Assembly (NCBI GenBank): GCA_002794465.1 | Contig: MTSL01000073.1 | Span: 1 to 7,560, forward strand | Reading direction: 5' to 3' | Source of the DNA: Paramicrosporidium saccamoebae KSL3 | Taxonomy: Eukaryota; Fungi; Cryptomycota | Length of the DNA stretch: 7,560 nucleotides | Shown: positions 1-6,365 of the stretch, one piece after another | How the letters are laid out: every line of letters begins with the position of its first letter | How positions within the stretch are numbered: the first letter of the stretch is position 1 | Position numbers and translations under genes: made by a program | The notes under the pieces: generated by a model | The model's database searches: none | Told to the model about the DNA's origin: nothing | What the model saw: only the letters and a program-made list of their open reading frames with translations

Positions 1-13
1 CCCCCCCCCCCCC
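1..13. repeat. C13 homopolymer at window start (probable contig break)
   Basis: 13 consecutive C. A matching C12 run ends the window (7549-7560). Confidence 0.9.
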
Positions 14-82
14 GACTCTCAACTCGGCCTCCCACTACGTAACAATTATAGCGATTTATTTGTAAAATATGCTGTTAATAGA

Positions 83-823
83 TCACTCTTCGTTAATCCA
101 TTCTTCAGATCGTTCATGCTCAGGAATATCCTCAATTCGTGCTTCTTTTGTAAGGGTGCTTTTACGTTGTCGTCGAGTCCGTGGATTAGTATTTTGATGG
201 TGATTTTCGCCCCTTCTATCTACCTTGCATGCTGACCAGTGTGGCATGTTTGGCGCAATTTCTGGCTCTGTCTGGACCCGTCTTTTACGGCGACGTCTAA
301 AGGTCATCCTTTTTGTTCTGACAGGCTGCTGGAGGGTGGTATGGTTATGGGGCTGGACCGTCCCTGCTCCATTGACATTGCCGGGTGTAGGAGCTTTTTG
401 AGTCGAGGCCGCAATAGAGGACAGCTTTGTTGGATCCACACTGATGGCATTCTGCGTGGAGAGCGGTACTACTTGAATAATCCCCACCGGTACATAGACA
501 GTGTTTGGCTTGCTTGCATTCGGCGCGACAGTGGGTTGGACCGGCTTCGGTTTTAACTTTAGCTCTCTCGCATGTTCTGCCTGCCATGGGGTGACTCTGG
601 TCCTTCTCACACTCCCATCAAGCAGAGGTCGAGTCATAATCCAGGATCCATCTGGCTGCACTGTTTCCACATAAAAGCCCTTTTGATAAAGTTTATCCAC
701 ATAATACGGATTGGAGAGGCGACGCTGATCATTGATAATGTAGATGGCCCAAATGACGAGGAGCACAATGATGGCAGATACGGGAGCAGCTATATACCTT
801 CGGATCCGAGCTACATCCATCAT
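83..823 (-). CDS. Hypothetical protein (246 aa) with N-terminal transmembrane/signal anchor and basic NLS-like cluster
   Basis: Uninterrupted ATG-started ORF. Hydrophobic segment IAAPVSAIIVLLVIWAIYII (about 734-793), Pro/Thr/Gln-rich linker, KRMTFRRRRKRR (278-313) and a second patch RTRRQRK. No family recognised. Confidence 0.75.
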   Translation of the reverse strand: MMDVARIRRYIAAPVSAIIVLLVIWAIYIINDQRRLSNPYYVDKLYQKGFYVETVQPDGSWIMTRPLLDGSVRRTRVTPWQAEHARELKLKPKPVQPTVAPNASKPNTVYVPVGIIQVVPLSTQNAISVDPTKLSSIAASTQKAPTPGNVNGAGTVQPHNHTTLQQPVRTKRMTFRRRRKRRVQTEPEIAPNMPHWSACKVDRRGENHHQNTNPRTRRQRKSTLTKEARIEDIPEHERSEEWINEE

Positions 824-972
824 GACGAGGGTGCGCTGTGGCAGCTCTTTACGACTGTTGGGCTATCCAATGTTAACGAATCAACTTGAGAGGACGCGTT
901 GGTGACAAATCAGAAATTGGCAATTTCAAGTTGGTCCAATGGGTCGATTGGTCAGTGGGTAGGCAGAAGAGA
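824..972. promoter_or_regulatory. Short bidirectional promoter between divergent ORF1 and the SUMO protease
   Basis: 149 bp between divergent ATGs. CCAAT in both orientations (867+, 916-, 936+, 947-), ACGCGT at 894-899, palindrome GAAATTG-G-CAATTTC at 913-927. Confidence 0.5.
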
Positions 973-1707
973 ATGACTACCACAGTTATAGACTTGACAT
1001 TGGAGGAAACTGACGATGAACAATACAATACGGATACTGACGAAACGATAACCGTTGTGAATGGATTCCCATTCACCACTCGTCACCGCTCCATTCTACA
1101 AGACAGCCAAGAATGGCTTACGGACGAGATTATCAATGCCTTTTGTTTCCGCGTTGTGACGGCAAAGCCCAAAGTGCACTGCTGCTCCACATTTTTCTAC
1201 ACAAAAATAGCCGCCTCCATGGACGAAGCATGGCTGAACCGCTGGAAAAGGACAGTGACCGGCAAGGACTTGATAGTTGTGCCAGTCAATTGGGGGAATT
1301 CGCATTGGGCGCTTGTCGTGTATGACGTCAAGGCAAATGCTCTAAGATATTATGACTCGATGATGAATACAGCAAACAGTCGACAAGCACTTGGACTGAT
1401 CAAAGAGGCATTTGAGATGTGCCAATTATTTCCAGAGCCTTCCCCTCCCTCAACACGACAATCTTCTGACACTGTCGGTGTTCTCGCGTTTATAATGTCA
1501 AAAGTCACTATCAATGAACCCAACAAATCTCCTCCACCGCTGAAGCTAGAGACACCGCCGGGCCAGTATCAACAGACGGACGGCAGCTCCTGTGGTGTTT
1601 TTGTCTGTTGGTGGATCGCCAAACTGACAGGTTTTATCGTCTCGGCTCCGCCCAATCCGACTGTATTCCGCAAGCGCATTTTAGATTCCATAATAAATCC
1701 GCCTTAA
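973..1707 (+). CDS. Ulp1/SENP-family SUMO-specific cysteine protease (peptidase C48), 244 aa
   Basis: Motifs WLTDEIIN, STFFYTKI, VPVN..SHWALVV (His 1303-1305), YYDS (Asp 1354-1356) and QQTDGSSCG (Gln 1573, Cys 1591-1593), so the triad is intact. The TFFY and RW features fit the SUMO-type rather than the NEDD8-type (SENP8) branch. First in-frame ATG is 973; the track's 886 start is TTG. Confidence 0.9.
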   Translation: MTTTVIDLTLEETDDEQYNTDTDETITVVNGFPFTTRHRSILQDSQEWLTDEIINAFCFRVVTAKPKVHCCSTFFYTKIAASMDEAWLNRWKRTVTGKDLIVVPVNWGNSHWALVVYDVKANALRYYDSMMNTANSRQALGLIKEAFEMCQLFPEPSPPSTRQSSDTVGVLAFIMSKVTINEPNKSPPPLKLETPPGQYQQTDGSSCGVFVCWWIAKLTGFIVSAPPNPTVFRKRILDSIINPP

Positions 1708-2154
1708 TTATAGTATTTTTATTCCGATACTCCTTGCCTGCGCCATGACCATCCGAAAGAGCAGTTTGAGGGGAGTGCCTGTTAGCTTTGGATCTTCGCT
1801 CTTTACCTTGGCCACTTCGTAAATGTATCGTCTGTCTAAATTTGCAACGGTCCCCTTACTGCTTGCCTTTTCCACTCCTGCAGCCCGTTTCAACAGCCAG
1901 GCTGTCGAGGGAGGTCGGACGAGGAAGGAAAAGGTACGGTCGGTCTGGACAGTGATTTCGCAGCGGAGAGGCGTGCCTGGCTGGTAGGACTTGCTGGTGT
2001 CGTTAAACTGACGACAAAAGTCCATGGCCTTGACACCTTTTTGACCAAGGGCTGGACCGACAGGTGGCGAGGGCGTAGCTCCACCAGCTGGAATTGTGAG
2101 CTTTAGTAGTGAAGGCCGGTTCGACACTGGAGCGGTGCCCTTTTTACTCGACAT
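1708..2154 (-). CDS. MRPL11: Mitochondrial large-subunit ribosomal protein uL11m (yeast Mrpl19 / human MRPL11 orthologue)
   Basis: AGGATPSPPVGPALGQKGVKAMDFCRQFN, DRTFSF, PPSTAWLLK and ARSIGIK are uL11 signatures. The GVKAMDFC variant matches the mitochondrial/fungal type. No intron. Confidence 0.95.
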   Translation of the reverse strand: MSSKKGTAPVSNRPSLLKLTIPAGGATPSPPVGPALGQKGVKAMDFCRQFNDTSKSYQPGTPLRCEITVQTDRTFSFLVRPPSTAWLLKRAAGVEKASSKGTVANLDRRYIYEVAKVKSEDPKLTGTPLKLLFRMVMAQARSIGIKIL

Positions 2155-2183
2155 TGCCGATCACGAAAGCCCTGGCGAGCTGG

Positions 2184-2208
2184 TGGAGTGGAGTGGAGTA
2201 GAGCGGAG
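2184..2208. repeat. Pentanucleotide microsatellite (TGGAG)x5, degenerate, just upstream of uL11m
   Basis: TGGAG TGGAG TGGAG TAGAG CGGAG. It reads as a pyrimidine-rich tract on the uL11m coding strand, 30-54 nt before the ATG. Confidence 0.75.
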
Positions 2209-2225
2209 AATTGAGTGATAAGTAG

Positions 2226-2312
2226 TTTATTGAGAATTTGGTGGCAAGTATTTTATTGGGAATCTGGTGGTATGCATTTTATCGAGAATTGGGTGGTATG
2301 CATTTTATTGAG
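2226..2312. repeat. 26-bp tandem repeat, about 3.3 copies, in the divergent uL11m / secreted-array intergenic region
   Basis: TGAGAATTTGGTGGCAAGTATTTTAT (2231-2256), TGGGAATCTGGTGGTATGCATTTTAT (2257-2282), CGAGAATTGGGTGGTATGCATTTTAT (2283-2308), with partial copies on either side. Confidence 0.9.
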
Positions 2313-2510
2313 GTTGATCCGGCCTCTTTGGTAATATATATAGAGGAATTTTATCGGAAATGGCCCAGCTACTCTGATGTTTTCAGAGGCACTTTACTGA
2401 GAATAATCCGACCTCTTATAGCCAGAATCATTCAATGCCGTCTTTATAATATTAAACATTGGCAATAAAGCTTACGCTGGTCTTGTAATGGGGATGGCTT
2501 ATCTTTTGTC

Positions 2511-2518
2511 TATATAAG
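2511..2518 (+). promoter_or_regulatory. TATA box candidate for the first secreted paralog
   Basis: TATATAAG ending 44 nt before the ATG at 2562. Confidence 0.5.
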
Positions 2519-2561
2519 GAAGTCGACGAACAACAAAATAGAGGGCCTCTGAACTTTATGA

Positions 2562-3494
2562 ATGCGCGCTTTGTTGATAGTCAAAATATTTGTGGGGGTC
2601 GTTTTGGGAAGTGTGGAATTTACTAGGATTGTTCAATATGACAAGTTGGTGTCCATCACACAGACAACTCCCGACCGTCTGTTCTTGGTCAATCCCAATA
2701 CTCTCGAATGGACCGGTGCCATTTACAACAATGACCGTCTCGCGATCACCGCCTCCCATGCCAACACTTGTCTATTCACAATAAGCCAGTCTCATAGTAG
2801 TGCTCCTTACCATCTCAACCCGGTGAGAATGACAAAAGACCCTTGGGAAGTGGTGTCAGAGGCGCTGATAAGACTCTCTGAGGGGAAGGTCTCGGTGCTA
2901 GTATTGATGCCAACCAAGAAGAGGACCATTTCTTGCAGAGAATGGATGAAAAAAGTTCATTTGAATCGGGTGATGAGTCCTTCTGATCTTTTGAAATGGG
3001 GCAGCAAGCCGAGGAGCACAGAGTATGCAGCTGTCCAATTCACAGTGATGCTTAAGCCCGATTTCAACACTTTAGAGAACAGTCGGTCCGCATCTGAAGA
3101 TTTGGGACAGTCGTCGAGACACAGTGACATAGACCGTCAGTCTTCAGTCAGTCACTATAAACCCCCCGCACCGATCGCTCCTCGGAAACCCAGAAAGACT
3201 CGAGATTCCCCCGCATTCCCAGGGCCTTTACGGGTATCAGCTGCCCGCCGCTCCTCTGAACGCCAAAAGACAGTACGCACATCGTCGCGCAAACCTATAC
3301 CAAATGAGTCTCTGACGAGGGGAAACGCTCGAGAGAGTTTCAGGACTTGGTCAGCAAAAAGCGTCCAGCAGTCTACATCGGGCCGTAACTCGTGGGGAGA
3401 TTCTCGTAACTCGGCGGTACAGCTTCGCAATCCCCATCCTAGCCTCAAGCTAGCACAATTTCCCGATGGTGAAGACGAAAATGGCAACTTTTAA
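2562..3494 (+). CDS. Secreted orphan family protein, paralog A (310 aa), basic Ser/Arg-rich tail
   Basis: Signal-peptide-like MRALLIVKIFVGVVLG. Shared domain QY...NTC...LVLMPTK..C.EWM..V.L at 2634-3047, then a low-complexity S/R/P tail. Confidence 0.85.
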   Translation: MRALLIVKIFVGVVLGSVEFTRIVQYDKLVSITQTTPDRLFLVNPNTLEWTGAIYNNDRLAITASHANTCLFTISQSHSSAPYHLNPVRMTKDPWEVVSEALIRLSEGKVSVLVLMPTKKRTISCREWMKKVHLNRVMSPSDLLKWGSKPRSTEYAAVQFTVMLKPDFNTLENSRSASEDLGQSSRHSDIDRQSSVSHYKPPAPIAPRKPRKTRDSPAFPGPLRVSAARRSSERQKTVRTSSRKPIPNESLTRGNARESFRTWSAKSVQQSTSGRNSWGDSRNSAVQLRNPHPSLKLAQFPDGEDENGNF

Positions 3495-3735
3495 TGGCTC
3501 TTGTAAAGGTCAGCCTTGGAATAATATCTACTGTTGATGAGCGAATTAAATTTACTAACGTATGTGGCTTCGTTATAGGTAGCTATTCTTAATAGAGCCA
3601 AACCGGATTTTGGGATCGCCATCGCGAGGACCATCAAGATCTCTTCCCGTCCTAGCAGGGGTATGGGCCGGGGTGCATGATTCTCCGGATCAGACTCTTT
3701 AACAGTGCCAACCCCAGTCGACAGTGACGTGACGT

Positions 3736-4839
3736 ATGCTACCGCTCGTTGTCTTGGCCCAAGTCTTCCTTCCTCTTGTCCTCTCGAGCTTTATCATAGC
3801 TGACGCAACTCAATATGGGGACTTTATAGATATGAATGTGGTTCCGGAAGCGCAAAGCCTCTACATGTTCAATTCAGCATATGAAACTGTTAGCGTCGTT
3901 TACGAAAAAGGCAAGGTGGAATTTCGTTCTACCTGCAGCAACACTTGCGTATTTCAGCTACTTCAGCCACAAAATGACTCTCGGTTCAAGCTAAAGCCGG
4001 TAGATTTTCCTTACAACTGTTTCGAGGGAAATCACTACTCCACGTGCTCTGTGGCGAATGCAGGCATGTCATTTCTGATCTTGGTGCCGACAAAAGACTC
4101 GGTGGTGCCTTGCACTCAGTGGATGGACGAGGTGGAGTTGCATATGGAAATGGAATATTCGGCCTTTGACGAATGGACCAAAATGAGCCATAACGGCTCT
4201 TATGAAGTGGTGGGACTTGCGGTCCGACACCGAGACAACACGTTGCTTCCGGGAGTAAACCATGGCTTCTGTGAGCTCCCGTCTATGCCCTTTCTCCTAA
4301 GAGAGCCGACGATCATTACCGAACTGAAAATTAGGACAACCTCCCTGCGCCTCAAAAAGTTTGATATCACCAATCCTTTATCCGAAACCGATCCTCTGCG
4401 CAGCAGATATAGACATTTTCGATCTCAACAGCGTTTGCCCGATGAAGTCCTTTATCGGGACTCGCCATCTTTTGAAGCTGGAACCGACTCTTCTGAAGCT
4501 GGAAGCGACTCTTCTGACTCTGGAAGCAACTCTTCTGAATCTGGAAGTAGCTATTCTGACTCTGGAAGCAACTCTTCTGAATCTGGAAGTAGCTATTCTG
4601 AATCCGGAAGCAATTCTTCTGAGTATAAATCTTATGAATCTGGACACCAATCATACTCCAGATCTAACTCTGAAAACTTGGATCCCTTTATAAGTCGATT
4701 TAAAAAATTGTTCTTGGGGGAACGCGTTTCAATGTTCCACGTTCATAGTAGTTCGGATTCAACTGATGAGCCATCTCAAGAAGTGGTTAGACCCCGCTAT
4801 AGTTATTCTGCTCCTCTTCCAAGCACCAAGCCGTTATGA
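3736..4839 (+). CDS. Secreted orphan family protein, paralog B (367 aa), acidic Ser/Gly repeat tail
   Basis: Signal-peptide-like MLPLVVLAQVFLPLVLS. Shared domain QY...NTC...LILVPTK..C.QWM..V.L at 3811-4224, and a heptapeptide repeat tail. Confidence 0.85.
   Translation: MLPLVVLAQVFLPLVLSSFIIADATQYGDFIDMNVVPEAQSLYMFNSAYETVSVVYEKGKVEFRSTCSNTCVFQLLQPQNDSRFKLKPVDFPYNCFEGNHYSTCSVANAGMSFLILVPTKDSVVPCTQWMDEVELHMEMEYSAFDEWTKMSHNGSYEVVGLAVRHRDNTLLPGVNHGFCELPSMPFLLREPTIITELKIRTTSLRLKKFDITNPLSETDPLRSRYRHFRSQQRLPDEVLYRDSPSFEAGTDSSEAGSDSSDSGSNSSESGSSYSDSGSNSSESGSSYSESGSNSSEYKSYESGHQSYSRSNSENLDPFISRFKKLFLGERVSMFHVHSSSDSTDEPSQEVVRPRYSYSAPLPSTKPL
4474..4620 (+). repeat. Coding 21-bp minisatellite x7 ([ED][AS]G[ST][DNS][SY]S) with an exact 42-bp higher-order duplication
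   Basis: EAGTDSS EAGSDSS DSGSNSS ESGSSYS DSGSNSS ESGSSYS ESGSNSS. Positions 4516-4557 are identical to 4558-4599. Confidence 0.95.
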
Positions 4840-4847
4840 TCAATAAC

Positions 4848-4907
4848 AAAGAGCAATTCGCTGGCATTATGGTTCGTAAAAAGTAATTCGCCAACATTAT
4901 GATCTTT
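4848..4907. repeat. Degenerate 30-bp direct repeat x2 in the 3' flank of paralog B
   Basis: AAAGAGCAATTCGCTGGCATTATGGTTCGT versus AAAAAGTAATTCGCCAACATTATGATCTTT (21/30 by manual count). Confidence 0.55.
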
Positions 4908-4913
4908 AATAAA
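4908..4913 (+). terminator. Polyadenylation signal candidate (AATAAA) for paralog B
   Basis: AATAAA 69 nt after the stop codon and 68 nt before the next ATG. Confidence 0.4.
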
Positions 4914-4981
4914 GCCTTTTCGGTACACTCACTGTTGACAACGTTGCACATTACCACAGCACCACAGCCACAATCGTCAAT

Positions 4982-5893
4982 ATGTGGAGAGTGGCAACAC
5001 TTGCTGGGTTACTTTTATCGAGCGTCTTTGGGGATGTAACGTTTACCGATCTGGCACAATACGATAGATTGTTGACGCTGTCGAGTCCTACAACTAGTGA
5101 ACTGTACCTCTTCCACAGCACTCCTTACTACTGGACTGGTATTGTACACAATCAAGGCCAACTGGAAATAAGTGCTTCTCACCAAAAAACCTGTCTCCTC
5201 CGTCTCAACCGTTTTATGGACGGCTGTTCTTACAAATTTGACTTGGTTGACTTTCAGCGCAACTCGCGACAACCCACTGCTGAGGCTGTAGTCAAGCTTA
5301 GGGGAGAGCGGACGACGTTCCTAGTACTGATGCCCACCAAGGATCAAGTTCCGTCATGCGAGGAGTGGATGGGCAGTGTAAATCTGCATCGAGGCATGAG
5401 TGTCTCAAGGTATGATCAATGGTGTCACACTCCGCGAGCAGCTGATTTTGCCGTCGTGCAATTCACAGTTTCAAACACACTTGCAGAGTCTAATGACGCC
5501 TCAACCTACGGAAGCGAGGCTTCAGTACAAAGCATTTCCCCTAGAAAAACTACGGTTATAAGGCGAACTCTTACACCCAGTCCCAGAAAGTCTACCACTC
5601 GTTCGATAAAGCCCAGTCCACGACTCCCCCTTAGCGAACTGATTACTTCAGACATCAGTGGTTCTCGTACTGCCAGTCCCAGAGGGGGCAGTCAGTCTGG
5701 GATTTATGTCTCGCCAAGATTTACAAGGCCGCCCCGAGCAGCATCAGGCGGAAGTGCATCGAGCGATCCTTGGGATGTGATGATCTCTCAATGGTCAAAT
5801 AGTGCAGATAGCTTGACTAGACAACTTGACACACTGGCGCTTGAGAGCAATGAACCTAACCTGCCCACCAAATTGACTAAAAAGCGAGCTTAA
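4982..5893 (+). CDS. Secreted orphan family protein, paralog C (303 aa), basic SPR(K)-motif tail
   Basis: Signal-peptide-like MWRVATLAGLLLSSVFG. Shared domain at 5057-5470 (51/138 identical to paralog A by manual count). The tail has five S-P-R motifs. Confidence 0.85.
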   Translation: MWRVATLAGLLLSSVFGDVTFTDLAQYDRLLTLSSPTTSELYLFHSTPYYWTGIVHNQGQLEISASHQKTCLLRLNRFMDGCSYKFDLVDFQRNSRQPTAEAVVKLRGERTTFLVLMPTKDQVPSCEEWMGSVNLHRGMSVSRYDQWCHTPRAADFAVVQFTVSNTLAESNDASTYGSEASVQSISPRKTTVIRRTLTPSPRKSTTRSIKPSPRLPLSELITSDISGSRTASPRGGSQSGIYVSPRFTRPPRAASGGSASSDPWDVMISQWSNSADSLTRQLDTLALESNEPNLPTKLTKKRA

Positions 5894-6054
5894 TAATATT
5901 GAGAATGGCTGCTTATAAGTGTACCGCACATTTTACTAAAGTAACTGTTGAAGTTTGAGTGAAAAACTGTCTTATTGTTGACATTGCACCTTAGTTATTA
6001 ATGGTCATTTTCGATAGTAAGTTACTACTAGCAACCTCACAACAATAAAAAAGT

Positions 6055-6117
6055 TGCATTCCCAAACTAATCACGGTGGCAAAGTCTGTAGCAGTCCGAG
6101 TGCACAATTATCCTTAG
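6055..6117 (+). pseudogene. Short relic (copy 0) of the right-end gene family
   Basis: CIPKLITVAKSVAVRVHNYP* aligns without gaps to CTSLLILSDRTRTVQIHNYP (6444-6503), 8/20 identical. DNA 6092-6114 versus 6481-6503 is 17/23. Flanked by in-frame stops. Confidence 0.5.
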
Positions 6118-6365
6118 CACGCTCCAATAATATTCGTTAGAACACAATATTTTCATTCTTGGCCAACTCTAATTGTTCGGAACTATAACTCGCAGCCAAA
6201 GTCGTCAGTGCTGCTGTAGCCTTTCTTGCCGCCAACGTATCATTGCATTTGGAAGTGTCGTGATCTGTCTCTTGATTGAATACTTTGGCACAGTGGTGAC
6301 TCTTGAGGGCGCCTGGTGGTCCTCGTAGTTTGATTAGGGCCGGTAGGTATTTTCGTTGCTATGCT

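Noticed and set aside
239-889. ORFs 239-556(+), 345-587(-) and 572-889(+)
   Set aside because: They overlap the longer 83-823 ORF and have no recognisable features, so they are shadow frames.
886-972. N-terminal extension of the protease ORF in the track
   Set aside because: It starts at TTG and covers the promoter motifs. ATG 973 is the plausible eukaryotic start.
973-1707. Ulp1 domain as cargo of a Mutator-like transposon
   Set aside because: No transposase, TIRs or TSDs are in the window, and the gene is tightly packed between ordinary genes.
873-2084. ORFs 873-1079, 1096-1305, 1113-1325 and 1890-2084
   Set aside because: They are alternate or antisense frames inside the well-supported C48 protease and uL11m genes.
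2238-2468. 76-aa ORF in the intergenic region
   Set aside because: Non-ATG start, built over a 26-bp non-triplet repeat, AT-rich with promoter features, and no protein-like signature.
3658-3673. G-quadruplex candidate upstream of paralog B
   Set aside because: Only three closely spaced G-tracts are present.
4474-4620. CRISPR-like regular repeats
   Set aside because: The units are contiguous with no unique spacers, they lie in frame within a CDS, there are no cas genes, and the context is eukaryotic.
4361-4693. Leucine-zipper-like ORF (LLKLEATLLNLEVAIL) and two antisense repetitive ORFs
   Set aside because: These are artefacts of reading the 21-bp minisatellite in other frames. The in-frame reading belongs to paralog B, which has the signal peptide and family domain.
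6249-6270. TGGAAGTGTCGT (WKCR) resembling WKCRLC at 7310-7327
   Set aside because: The match is only about 12 nt and the flanks do not align, so it is compatible with chance.
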